From assembly GCA_036141595.1 (NCBI GenBank), contig JAYZXD010000040.1, positions 3,552 through 67,551 of the forward strand: a stretch of 64,000 nucleotides of DNA. The letters run 5' to 3'. How positions within the stretch are numbered: the first letter of the stretch is position 1; the number at the start of each line of letters is the position of its first letter. Below are positions 22,620 through 32,455 of this stretch, piece after piece. A program made the translations under genes and the position numbers. The notes beneath the pieces were generated by a model that ran no database searches, was not told where the DNA came from, and was given only the letters and a program-made list of their open reading frames with translations. The stretch comes from Bacteroidota bacterium (lineage in GTDB: Bacteria; Bacteroidota; Bacteroidia; Flavobacteriales; BACL11).

Positions 22620-23129
22620 ATGAGTGCAAAAACACCAAAACAATCCAGAGCCAACTTAACAGAAATTGTTTTACCTAACGACACTAACAACTTAAACAAT
22701 CTTATGGGAGGGCGTTTATTGCACTGGATGGATATAACCGCAGCAATAACAGCGAATAGACATGCACAAAGAACATGCGTTACCGCATCAGTAAACAACG
22801 TATCTTTTGAACATCCAATTCCACGAGGAAGTATTGTAACTTTAGAGGCAAATATTTCTAGAGCATTTAGCTCTTCAATGGAGATCTTTATTGATGTATG
22901 GATTGAAGACACATTATCAGGTGTGAAAACAAAATGTAATGAAGCTATATATACGTTTGTTGCTGTTGATGCAATGGGTAAGCCAGCAAAAGTGCCTAAA
23001 GTTACACCAGAGACAAAGTTAGAAAAAACAAGATATGATGGTGCTTTAAGAAGAAGACAATTGTCCTTAATATTAGCTGGTAAATTAAAGCCTGATGATG
23101 CAACTGAACTAAAAGCCTTATTTAAGTAA
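22620..23129 (+). CDS. Acyl-CoA thioesterase (hotdog fold, YciA-like)
   Basis: VLPNDTNNLNNLMGGRLLHWMD, VTASV, YTFVAVD; ATG 22620 preferred. Confidence 0.92.
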   Translation: MSAKTPKQSRANLTEIVLPNDTNNLNNLMGGRLLHWMDITAAITANRHAQRTCVTASVNNVSFEHPIPRGSIVTLEANISRAFSSSMEIFIDVWIEDTLSGVKTKCNEAIYTFVAVDAMGKPAKVPKVTPETKLEKTRYDGALRRRQLSLILAGKLKPDDATELKALFK

Positions 23130-24074
23130 GCTTAGTACAGAATCATATATTAATTGAGGATCTATTTCTTTGATACAACCATTTTTGCCATACTTACAAT
23201 GTCTCCCATGCTTAGAACATGGCTTAGCTGATCTTTTGGAAATTATTTTAATAGAGCTTGGATCTGTCATATAAGGAGTAAAACCCAATGAGGGCTTGGT
23301 ACATCCCCAAAATGAAATAATTGGCATTTTCAAAGCTGATGCGATATGCATCATTCCGGTATCATTAGTCAAAAGCATCTTACTTTTTTTAATTAAATAA
23401 GAAGATTCTTGAACTGAAAGCTTACCACAAAAATTATACACTGATTTGCATTCTACATTATTTATTATCTCTTTTGCTATATCCAAATCATTATTACCCC
23501 CAAGCAATACTACAGGTATTTTTAATTTAGAAACTACTTGTGTTATCTGCTTAGCAGATAGTTTTTTGGGATTATGTGTTCCTCCTATACACCAAGCTAT
23601 ATAACTTTGGCTAGTATTAAATTCTGGCTTTATAGATGAAGAAACATTAAAATCTAAGCCTTGATTATCATTTACAACATTTAGACTAGCAACAGTTGCA
23701 AAATATCTATCAACTACATGGTTTTTTAATAGGTCTATTCCAAAATAAATCAGTAAATATCTCCTTAAACTTTTCTTATTAAAAACAAATGATTTAGTTT
23801 GGATTTTATTTCTGATTTTCCAAGATCTTAAATTGTTTTGTAGATCAACCACATAATCATATTTATTTTTTTGCAAAAAATCAACTTTATCATTTAATGA
23901 AAAGATTCTGTTAATATATGTATTACCTTCAAGTAAAGAAACATACTGGGGCTTTGTTAAGAAATCTATTTTTGCTTTAAGCTGTTGATTTAAAGCTCTA
24001 ATCACAGGAGTAGTTAAAACTATGTCTCCCATTGCACTCAATCTTATAACTAATATTTTAGGTTTATTAGACAC
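23118..24074 (-). CDS. Glycosyltransferase family 9 (heptosyltransferase-like)
   Basis: ILVIRLSAMGDIVLTTP, TNDTGMMHIASA; GTG start. Confidence 0.9.
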   Translation of the reverse strand: MSNKPKILVIRLSAMGDIVLTTPVIRALNQQLKAKIDFLTKPQYVSLLEGNTYINRIFSLNDKVDFLQKNKYDYVVDLQNNLRSWKIRNKIQTKSFVFNKKSLRRYLLIYFGIDLLKNHVVDRYFATVASLNVVNDNQGLDFNVSSSIKPEFNTSQSYIAWCIGGTHNPKKLSAKQITQVVSKLKIPVVLLGGNNDLDIAKEIINNVECKSVYNFCGKLSVQESSYLIKKSKMLLTNDTGMMHIASALKMPIISFWGCTKPSLGFTPYMTDPSSIKIISKRSAKPCSKHGRHCKYGKNGCIKEIDPQLIYDSVLSLLK

Positions 24075-24112
24075 ACTGTAAAATTATAATAAATAATCCT
24101 AATTTTGTACTA

Positions 24113-24886
24113 ATGAAATTTATAGATACTCATAGTCATTTGTATAGTAGCAAATTTGATGAAGACAGACAGCAAGTTGTAAAAAATGCATTAAAATTAG
24201 GTGTAGAAACTATTTTACTACCCAACATATCTAGTAAATACACCAATAAAATGCTAAATCTATGTCACTTGTTTCCAAAAAATTGTTTTCCAATGATGGG
24301 TTTACATCCGTGTTATGTAACCAAAGAAAATTATGAAACAGAAATACTTCATGTTAATTCAGAATTAGAAAAAGGAACATACATTGCTTTAGGTGAAATA
24401 GGAATTGACTTGCATTGGGACAAAAGTAATTTAGAAATCCAAAAAGTTGCGTTTGAGCATCAAATAAAACTAGCAAAAAAATATAATTTACCTATTGCTA
24501 TTCATATAAGAGAATCATTTAACGAGGCATTTGAAATTATCGTAAAACATAATGATGATAATTTAAATGGTGTATTCCATTGTTTCACTGGTGATTTAAC
24601 ACAAGCAAATGAAATAATTAATTTAGGTGGCTTTTATCTAGGAATTGGAGGGGTATTAACATTTAAAAATTCGGGACTAGCAGCCACAATACAAAATTTA
24701 CCTTTAAAGCATTTAATTCTTGAAACTGACTCTCCTTATTTATCTCCAACCCCATACAGAGGAAAAAGAAATGAAAGTAAATATATTTTAAACATTGCAG
24801 AAAAATTAGCCGAAATTAAAAATGTAAGTTTAGAAAAAATAGCTAACATCACTACAAAAAACTCAAAAAAACTATTTAAATTATAG
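24113..24886 (+). CDS. tatD: TatD-family DNase
   Basis: IDTHSHL, GEIGIDL, GVFHCFTG, LETDSPYL. Confidence 0.95.
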   Translation: MKFIDTHSHLYSSKFDEDRQQVVKNALKLGVETILLPNISSKYTNKMLNLCHLFPKNCFPMMGLHPCYVTKENYETEILHVNSELEKGTYIALGEIGIDLHWDKSNLEIQKVAFEHQIKLAKKYNLPIAIHIRESFNEAFEIIVKHNDDNLNGVFHCFTGDLTQANEIINLGGFYLGIGGVLTFKNSGLAATIQNLPLKHLILETDSPYLSPTPYRGKRNESKYILNIAEKLAEIKNVSLEKIANITTKNSKKLFKL

Positions 24887-24938
24887 ACTTTATATCAAAA
24901 AACATAGAATGAAGTATTTTAAGATTTGTTTACTTTTT

Positions 24939-25028
24939 GGTGAGGTGGCCGAGTGGCTTAAGGCGCACGCTTGGAAAGCGTGTAAACGGGAAACTGTTTC
25001 GGGGGTTCGAATCCCTTCCTCACCGCCA
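24939..25028 (+). tRNA. tRNA-Ser (anticodon GGA), encoded CCA
   Basis: Acceptor GGTGAGG/CCTCACC, anticodon arm CACGC-TTGGAAA-GCGTG, long variable arm, GGTTCGAATCC, discriminator G + CCA. Confidence 0.97.
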
Positions 25029-25064
25029 ATAACAAACCCACTCAATTCAGTGGGTTTGTTATTG
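25027..25064. terminator. Long hairpin, probable bidirectional terminator between tRNA-Ser and the convergent YARHG gene
   Basis: 16-bp perfect inverted repeat CAATAACAAACCCACT-caattc-AGTGGGTTTGTTATTG. Confidence 0.75.
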
Positions 25065-25094
25065 TTCATTTTTGCATAATTATTATAATTAGAA

Positions 25095-25976
25095 TTACCT
25101 ATTATAATCCTCAAATTTTTCTAATTCAATATCCCATCCTTCATCTGAAACAGAAATAATTCCTCTATCAAGTATCTTTAATTCTTTATTGTAAAAATAT
25201 ATGTATTTACCTTCAATACATTCATACCCTTGATCGCAACCAAACAAAACATACAACTCAATAAAATTATAATCATGATTTATGTCATTTACTAAAGATA
25301 TTCCATAATAGTGTGATGCATAATTGGGATCCCAAATACTAGTAAGTTTATTTGTTAGTTGCTTTATGTTGTTAGACCTTACTGCCTGTACCCTTTCAGT
25401 TTTACTATCTGAAACAGGAAGTTTTATTTCTATAAATCCGTAGTCACTCATTACAACAAGCGTAACATTTTTATAATCCAAAACCTCAGAAACTGTATTC
25501 TTTTTCTTTATGAAAAAGTAAAAATCTTCTCTAATACCATCTTTATCCATGTCATAGCTAAGAGAGTAGCGATCTGAAAACACATTCAGGTTGTCTGAAT
25601 TAATCTCAAAAGGGCCATCTCTATTTATTCTTTCTTCAAGAAAACGAATTATACTTATTGTTTTTTTTGCTCTTGATGAAAGACTCATTTCTGAATAATT
25701 AACATTCGGCTCGTACCAATCTTGAGAATTAAAATATTCTTTTAAATCATGTGATTTAAATTCTCTTCCATACATCGCATAAATAGTATTTCTCAATATT
25801 CTTAAAGAATCTTGATTAAGACGAGTTAAATTCTTGAGTTTAAATATGTCTCTTTGAATATTCATTTTTAAAGACATATTTTCCGGAACTAATAAGTACT
25901 CTGATGAATAGAAGCTACTTTGCGAAAAGCAAAAAGTTATGTTAGTAAAAAAAAAAAAAAGAAGTAGTTTTTTCAT
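25095..25976 (-). CDS. Secreted YARHG-domain protein
   Basis: Signal peptide; LRILRNTIYAMYGREFKSHDLKEYFNSQDWYEP. Confidence 0.85.
   Translation of the reverse strand: MKKLLLFFFFTNITFCFSQSSFYSSEYLLVPENMSLKMNIQRDIFKLKNLTRLNQDSLRILRNTIYAMYGREFKSHDLKEYFNSQDWYEPNVNYSEMSLSSRAKKTISIIRFLEERINRDGPFEINSDNLNVFSDRYSLSYDMDKDGIREDFYFFIKKKNTVSEVLDYKNVTLVVMSDYGFIEIKLPVSDSKTERVQAVRSNNIKQLTNKLTSIWDPNYASHYYGISLVNDINHDYNFIELYVLFGCDQGYECIEGKYIYFYNKELKILDRGIISVSDEGWDIELEKFEDYNR
25947..25960. repeat. A14/T14 homopolymer in the signal-peptide region of the YARHG gene
   Basis: 14 consecutive A on the plus strand, encoding LFFFF. Confidence 0.9.
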
Positions 25977-25989
25977 TTTAGTTTATTAT

Positions 25990-27504
25990 TTATTCTATTA
26001 CTATTCTTTTTTCTACTGACCCATCATCGTAAATAAATAGTGATGGTTGATTTGTTTGTTTTGTCTCCCTGCCCAATAAGTCTATTACTTTAAAAATTTC
26101 TTTTTTTGTTACGTGTTCTTTTATGATAGTTATATCATTATCACAATTTCCAGGGAAGTTTAAATCTAACCAATCTAAACGATTACTAATCCATTGTTTT
26201 AATACTGTGATTTCTTCAGAGTATGATTGTGGAATAGGACTAGGCTCAATCCAGATCTGCTGACCGATATGTGGCCACCTTGTAAAATTTCTATTCTTTG
26301 CATCACTAATTAATGATGTATCTAAGTTAATCCAATTAAAAACAGAATCTTCATGCAAAAAAGTTGTTCTAAAATTCTGCCACCTACACTTTAATCTATT
26401 TTGGAATATAGTATCTTGCATCATTGATTGCCACCACATTGGCATAGACATTAAATCTTCACAATCAGGTTGATTTTGCAAATAAGTCCATCCAGTAGGG
26501 TCGTAATTTGAACAAACTTCAGAGACACCATATGTTTGGTCGAAATCCCATATAGGGCCCATATTTAACTTCCCACCATTTTTGTCTCTATCTTTATGTA
26601 AGTACGAACTCAATTTGTAACCATCTGAATTTTTACTTAATTCGTTAATAATCAAAAAATCTACAAAAGAGTTCAAATTAATATAATCTGTGTACCGTAT
26701 TCCTAAATTGTTGTGATAATCATTAGAAAACACCGCACTTTCAAAATAGCTAAACCAGTCCGCAATATAATCCTCCTGTTCTTGTTGAATATTTTCAGCT
26801 TTAGGATAATACCACTGATAAAAAAGTGGATAATAACCAGACTGTGAATTATAATTTGAGGAGAAACCCTGAGAGTAATATCCTAACCAGTCTAATCTTA
26901 AAATATATCCTCCTGTAAGTGAATCACCGTAAATATCATCTTCATCAAGCTTTGCAATATCAACTCGGTCGTCATCTCTTTTTATTTTTTCACATAAAAT
27001 ATACAAGCCTCTATAGTCATTATCTATAATTAATTCAACATAACGCCAATTCGAAGCATAGTGGCCCATTCTTTGAAACACATAAAAACTAAATGGAATT
27101 CTAACTTGACTTTTATCTATGACCATGGCATGAAGAATCCAGTCTTCTTCCTTACCCATGTCTAATAGTGATGCTGATGTATCTTCATCATCACTATTCC
27201 ATAATTCAATGGAATAAGTTTTTTTTTGAAAACCCTGAGTAGAATTACCTCTTGTCTCTATACCACAGAATCCATCATAATGGTTAGGAAAATCATTGAT
27301 GTTATTAATTAGACCAGAGCCATTATTAATAATCTGAAAACTGGCTGGTATTTTCGGCTCGTCAGGTATATTTGCTCCTCCAGTATTTATAATAATGATT
27401 GGTAAATTAGAGTTAGTAAGAGTTTGGCAATTAGCTATATTAAATTTTAAAATAAATATAGGAAGTAATGATAAGTAAAAATAATTCTTGATCGATATTT
27501 TCAT
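25990..27504 (-). CDS. CotH-family kinase with short T9SS-like C-terminal tail
   Basis: RGNSTQGFQKKTYSIEL, YRGLYILCEKIK, NSDG, GPIWDFD, WISNRLDWLD; tail DLLGRETK...YDDGSVEKRIVIE. Confidence 0.88.
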   Translation of the reverse strand: MKISIKNYFYLSLLPIFILKFNIANCQTLTNSNLPIIIINTGGANIPDEPKIPASFQIINNGSGLINNINDFPNHYDGFCGIETRGNSTQGFQKKTYSIELWNSDDEDTSASLLDMGKEEDWILHAMVIDKSQVRIPFSFYVFQRMGHYASNWRYVELIIDNDYRGLYILCEKIKRDDDRVDIAKLDEDDIYGDSLTGGYILRLDWLGYYSQGFSSNYNSQSGYYPLFYQWYYPKAENIQQEQEDYIADWFSYFESAVFSNDYHNNLGIRYTDYINLNSFVDFLIINELSKNSDGYKLSSYLHKDRDKNGGKLNMGPIWDFDQTYGVSEVCSNYDPTGWTYLQNQPDCEDLMSMPMWWQSMMQDTIFQNRLKCRWQNFRTTFLHEDSVFNWINLDTSLISDAKNRNFTRWPHIGQQIWIEPSPIPQSYSEEITVLKQWISNRLDWLDLNFPGNCDNDITIIKEHVTKKEIFKVIDLLGRETKQTNQPSLFIYDDGSVEKRIVIE

Positions 27505-27537
27505 TATTTTAGATTTAATAATTGCTAATTTAAATAT

Positions 27538-28986
27538 TTAAAACTGAAAATATATAAACGGAACTATATCTTTTCCACTAACTTGAACAATTATCCAGCA
27601 AATCAAAGCAAGAAAAAATGCCTTAATATACAGCGGACTTTTCTCTATAAAATTAATCAAATGAGACTCAAATTTTCTTGGAATCATATGTAAAGTATAT
27701 CCAATTATTATCATTAAAATGATGTAGGGGTATGATGAAGCTACTTGTAAACTATGAAGTAAATTAAAATTGTTTTTTATTTGAAAAATAATATCTAATG
27801 CCTTAGAATAACTATCAGCTCTAAAGAAAATCCAACAAAATGAAACAAAATGAAAGGTTAATAAAATTCCTAAAGCTCTTAAAATAATATTTTTTGGAAT
27901 TGAAATAAGAGACTTAATAATTTTCTCTATTACAAGCATTAAACCGTGCATTATACCCCAAAGAACAAACTTCCAGTTTGCCCCATGCCATAATCCCCCT
28001 AGTATCATTGTGATAGATAAATTTATGTACGTCCGTATTAATCCTTTCCTATTGCCTCCTAATGAAATGTACAAATAATCTTTTAGCCAACTAGACAAAG
28101 AAATATGCCATCTTCTCCAAAATTCAGTTACGCTAGAAGATTGGTAAGGCGAATCAAAGTTTATTGGCAAACAAAAACCAAGTAATAAGGCCAGACCTAT
28201 TGCTATGTCAGAATAGCCAGAAAAATCACAATATATTTGTAATGCATAAGCATAAACACCTATTAAATTTTCAATACCACTATAAAGAAGAGGATTATCA
28301 AAAACTCTGTCAACGTAATTAACACTAATATAATCTGAGATAATAGCTTTCTTAAATAACCCACTACCTATTAAAAATACTGCTTTACTCAAATTGTGAT
28401 TAGATAATTTTAACTTTAATCTAATTTGGGGTAAAAATTCAGATGCACGAACGATTGGCCCTGCAACTAATTGTGGGAAAAATGTAACAAAAAAAGCAAA
28501 ATTTAATATATTCTTTTCAGGAGTTAGCTTGCCCCTATATACATCAATTGAATAACTTAAAGTTTGAAATGTATAAAATGAGATCCCTACTGGCAAAAAA
28601 ATGTCCAACGATTCATAATTTGTTCCAAAACTGTTTATTATTTCTATAAAAAAATTTGTATACTTAAAGTATGCTAGTATACCTAGGTTGGAGACAATGC
28701 CGATAATAAGATATATAAGTCTTTTGTTTTTTTTAGAGTTATATATATATATACCCAAAGTATAATCAACTATTGTTGAGAGAATAAGTATCCAAAAATA
28801 AAAGCCGCTAGATTTATAGTAAAAAAAAAGTGAAAATAATATCGTCCAAACAGCTCTAGCAATTCTTTGCTTTCTAAATAAAATAAAAACACCTAAAAAA
28901 CCAAGAAAGAAAAACAAAAAAAGACCACTATTAAAAATTAATGGTTTTTCAATGTCATAATACAAATAATCCAGAAAATTAATCAT
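27538..28986 (-). CDS. MBOAT O-acyltransferase (AlgI/PatA/DltB-like)
   Basis: LPVGISFYTFQ, FFPQLVAGPIVRA, FWRRWHISLSSWLKDYLY, GLWHGA. Confidence 0.95.
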   Translation of the reverse strand: MINFLDYLYYDIEKPLIFNSGLFLFFFLGFLGVFILFRKQRIARAVWTILFSLFFYYKSSGFYFWILILSTIVDYTLGIYIYNSKKNKRLIYLIIGIVSNLGILAYFKYTNFFIEIINSFGTNYESLDIFLPVGISFYTFQTLSYSIDVYRGKLTPEKNILNFAFFVTFFPQLVAGPIVRASEFLPQIRLKLKLSNHNLSKAVFLIGSGLFKKAIISDYISVNYVDRVFDNPLLYSGIENLIGVYAYALQIYCDFSGYSDIAIGLALLLGFCLPINFDSPYQSSSVTEFWRRWHISLSSWLKDYLYISLGGNRKGLIRTYINLSITMILGGLWHGANWKFVLWGIMHGLMLVIEKIIKSLISIPKNIILRALGILLTFHFVSFCWIFFRADSYSKALDIIFQIKNNFNLLHSLQVASSYPYIILMIIIGYTLHMIPRKFESHLINFIEKSPLYIKAFFLALICWIIVQVSGKDIVPFIYFQF

Positions 28987-30409
28987 ATACTCTTTTTATA
29001 TATTTTTTATATGCTTTTAAAAGAGCATGACTGAAATATCTACCTTGTAAACTATATCCTGTTGCAGTGAAATGAACCCTATCCTTTTTTGCTAATTTGT
29101 CTTTTTTTAGTGCTTTAAATGAGCCTACTCCTCCCAAAATGTTAAATAAATCAAAATAGGCTATATTATGATGTTCTGCATATAAAATTAATGAGTCAGC
29201 TATTATCTTAGACTCAAAAGATTTCTTTTCGCTTTCTGCTGGAATCCATAAAATACAAGGTAAATCTTTATCAATTGACTTCAGATTATCATAAAAAGTG
29301 CTAAAGCTACTTGTAATTTTTACACTGTCTTCAAATGATTCATTGGTTCCAAGTGAAGCAACTATCAAATCTGGTTTTAAGTAAGGTAACTGATTAAAAA
29401 AAATTTCAGTATTATTATAATCATCATACGTAGCTCCGTTAACACCAATCATGTGATATAACACTCCAGAATTAAAAGTATTCTCCAACACAATACCATG
29501 CCATCTCATCAAATTTTGGGTCTTATTAGTTTTGATATTCTTGAAAAATATATATTCAGTTAATGAATCTAACAAAGTAATTTCAGTGTAGTATTTATGA
29601 GTTGATTTCTTGTAATTAAGATCAAATAATGCGCTGTCAGGTATTGATGATATTTTAACCTCTTTTTCTTTAACAATTATTTTTTGTCCTGGAAAAATTA
29701 AATCATTTTTTAAATCGTTTAACTTTTTTATTTTACTAACCGATGTACTAAACTTAGTTGCTATTTTTCCTAAATAATCACCAGTAATAACTTGATATTT
29801 TATTTCTTCAATAGCAGTAGCTGTTTCTTCTAAAATATCTCTATCTTTTGAACTCATGATAGAAAAATCATAATAATCTTGTCCAAAAGGATGAAAAATT
29901 TTCAAATTATTAAAATGATAATTTAAGTCTGATTTTGGATTTAAAGAGAGCTTTAATACGGCATTTGAATCCTTTGTTTCAATTAAAAAACCACATATAC
30001 CTATATTAGAATTATCTTGGTAATAGCTATTTCTACAACTAAGCCATTCAACATTACTAAAAGAATAAACGTCACTTGGACTATTTGAATTTGCAACCTT
30101 ATAAGGAAAAACTAATCCTCTACCAGCGTTACCAAATCTGTTTTGTAAAATATTTCTTATCTCACCTGTTATAAAACCTGCTTGAGTATGTGAGTTTCCC
30201 ACATGAATTATATTTAATCGGTCTATTTGACCTTTTTCTAATAAATCTAATTTTTTAAAAAAATTATTTAAGCTGCTATCATTTGATATGACCAAAACAC
30301 TATCATTTTTAAAAGTTGTAACACTTTCTTGCTTATCTACTGTTTGAGCAAAAAGCGATATATTACAACAACTGAATACTGTAAATATTATAGTAAGTAA
30401 TTTATTCAT
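28979..30409 (-). CDS. SGNH/GDSL hydrolase-family protein with inserted LysM domain
   Basis: HVGNSH (block I), GVNGA, LGTNE, DRVHF; LysM YQVITGDYLGKIA...LIFPGQKI; ATG 30409 preferred. Confidence 0.85.
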   Translation of the reverse strand: MNKLLTIIFTVFSCCNISLFAQTVDKQESVTTFKNDSVLVISNDSSLNNFFKKLDLLEKGQIDRLNIIHVGNSHTQAGFITGEIRNILQNRFGNAGRGLVFPYKVANSNSPSDVYSFSNVEWLSCRNSYYQDNSNIGICGFLIETKDSNAVLKLSLNPKSDLNYHFNNLKIFHPFGQDYYDFSIMSSKDRDILEETATAIEEIKYQVITGDYLGKIATKFSTSVSKIKKLNDLKNDLIFPGQKIIVKEKEVKISSIPDSALFDLNYKKSTHKYYTEITLLDSLTEYIFFKNIKTNKTQNLMRWHGIVLENTFNSGVLYHMIGVNGATYDDYNNTEIFFNQLPYLKPDLIVASLGTNESFEDSVKITSSFSTFYDNLKSIDKDLPCILWIPAESEKKSFESKIIADSLILYAEHHNIAYFDLFNILGGVGSFKALKKDKLAKKDRVHFTATGYSLQGRYFSHALLKAYKKYIKRVYD

Positions 30410-31790
30410 CAAGTGATTTTTTATACTCCTCATATTCATGCATTAAATATTCAAAAACTAAAGTGGATGCATATTTTGCCCCACTTGGGCTAAAATGAAT
30501 ATAATCCTTATTTGCATAATTAAGCTCTTCTACCCATCTAATCATACTATTTTCACCCCCCATTGCTTGATATAAATTAAAATATGCTACCTTACAAGCT
30601 CTTGCTGCCTCCCTTTGAGCTTTTACCACATGTTTAACAGAAGGGTTAGAAGACATATTTCCCTCTGGGTTTTTGTAAGATTGATCAGGAACACTTACAA
30701 TTAAAATCGAAGCATAAGGTATTGCTTTTTTAAAATGTCTTACAACTCTCTCCATTTGTTTTTGATACCAAACAAAGTTTGACTTTCCACTTATCACATT
30801 TAATCCAAACTGTAATATTATCAAATCATAATTCATTTCTTGATTAAAACTAGTAAGCATATTTGATGAAATTTTAGTCATTGGCATACCACTATTTCCC
30901 CTAATTGCAAAATTATCTACTAAAACTCCTTTGTTGCTTTCAAAGGATAATCCATAAATTGGTACTGGAGATGAAAAGTTGAATTGAATACTCAATTCTT
31001 TTTGTGCATATTTTGATAAATATAATGTGTTTAAATGCTTCTCTTTATCGAGAAGAAATGTATCTTTTTTTACAAACAGTTTACTACTCTTTACTTTTGA
31101 TGTGTCTACACCATAGAATAACTTTGTGGAAGGAAGTTCTTGCAAAAAACGATAATTACTTGATTTGTAAGAAACTCCATGATTCAAATATGTCATATCT
31201 GGCACAAAAACTTCTCCTGAAATACCAAGAGGAAAAATATTATTTGATTGGTTAACATTATAACTTTTCCATCCTTTTGAAAATCTGTGTTTAATGGTAG
31301 TCCTAAAAAAATTGGTGATTGAAGTTATAGGAACAAAACCTACTCCTCTACCCCCAAACCTTTCTTGAAGCATTGTTCTCAAAGTCATACTCATCAAATC
31401 TCCTTCAATCATAGAGTCACCATAGTAACCAATTCTTGAGGTTCCTTTTCCTTTGTTTTCTACATTTAAAAGTGATTGAAAAAAGTAAACAAGTGCAGTG
31501 TGATCGCCATCATAATTTTTAATTCTATCAATGCTGTCATTATACGCCTTGAATTTTTCTTTGTTTGCAATTATGTCTTTTAAAAAAATTATATTTTGTT
31601 TTAGCCTCGAGTTTTCTTGAATTATAGTGTTTCTAATAAGATGATTTTTTTTTATTGGTAAAATATTTGCCGGCCTATAGTTTTGCTTTAAATATTGAGA
31701 ATTTTCATAAACTATGTCATAAATACACAAGAATATAAACACAAAAGAAATTAGAAAAAACCCTTTAAATAAACTATTGCCTTTGTTCAT
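30402..31790 (-). CDS. Membrane-anchored SGNH/GDSL protein (PatB/Ape-like)
   Basis: N-terminal TM; YYGDSMIEGD, RGNSG, QFGLN, DYIHF. Confidence 0.85.
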   Translation of the reverse strand: MNKGNSLFKGFFLISFVFIFLCIYDIVYENSQYLKQNYRPANILPIKKNHLIRNTIIQENSRLKQNIIFLKDIIANKEKFKAYNDSIDRIKNYDGDHTALVYFFQSLLNVENKGKGTSRIGYYGDSMIEGDLMSMTLRTMLQERFGGRGVGFVPITSITNFFRTTIKHRFSKGWKSYNVNQSNNIFPLGISGEVFVPDMTYLNHGVSYKSSNYRFLQELPSTKLFYGVDTSKVKSSKLFVKKDTFLLDKEKHLNTLYLSKYAQKELSIQFNFSSPVPIYGLSFESNKGVLVDNFAIRGNSGMPMTKISSNMLTSFNQEMNYDLIILQFGLNVISGKSNFVWYQKQMERVVRHFKKAIPYASILIVSVPDQSYKNPEGNMSSNPSVKHVVKAQREAARACKVAYFNLYQAMGGENSMIRWVEELNYANKDYIHFSPSGAKYASTLVFEYLMHEYEEYKKSLDE

Positions 31791-32424
31791 AAATTTTCTT
31801 AGATTCTAATGTTTTTACCCTGTTTTTAAGCTCTTGAATTGTATATTCTGTAAAATCTGGTAATGGCCCATAGCCAAACTCTTTTTCAAGATCATTAATC
31901 CTATAAATTTTTGATTTAAGCTCAGAATTAAGAAAGTAATAATTTAAACTTTCTTCCCATGGTTCATTAATGTTAAAATCCCATACTTTACTAATGAAAA
32001 TTGAATCATCGTAAATAATAAAATCCACGTTTTCATATAACTTTTCGTTGATGTAAAAGTCTTTTTGTTTTAGTTTTTTTGTGTTAGCCTTTTGATTAAT
32101 TTTATATAAGTCAGTCCAAAGCACATAAGTTTCTTTAAATATATTAAGTAGTCCTGGCGTATTTACATTTATCCTTTCAGAAAAGAAACAACTGTCATTA
32201 ATTATAGCTTCAACTTTATATTCACCCGATTTAAGATTAATTTCTATTGTTCCAAAAGCAGGAATCTCATATTCTTTTTGATTGACTTTAACTTTTAAAT
32301 CTTCTGATTTAGGATTATCAATAATAATATGATGAGTTTTATTTATGTTACAGGATAAAAAAAATAAAACAAGAAAATTAAGCAAATATTTTTTATCTCT
32401 AAAAAATTGAATTGATAAATTCAT
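31774..32424 (-). CDS. Hypothetical lipoprotein
   Basis: Lipobox-like FFLSC after hydrophobic stretch; overlaps the downstream SGNH gene. Confidence 0.65.
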   Translation of the reverse strand: MNLSIQFFRDKKYLLNFLVLFFLSCNINKTHHIIIDNPKSEDLKVKVNQKEYEIPAFGTIEINLKSGEYKVEAIINDSCFFSERINVNTPGLLNIFKETYVLWTDLYKINQKANTKKLKQKDFYINEKLYENVDFIIYDDSIFISKVWDFNINEPWEESLNYYFLNSELKSKIYRINDLEKEFGYGPLPDFTEYTIQELKNRVKTLESKKIYEQRQ

Positions 32425-32455
32425 AAGTCAAGAAATAATTTAATTGAGCGTCAAA

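Noticed and set aside
24890-25114. 74-aa minus-strand ORF
   Set aside because: Antisense shadow of tRNA-Ser and its terminator
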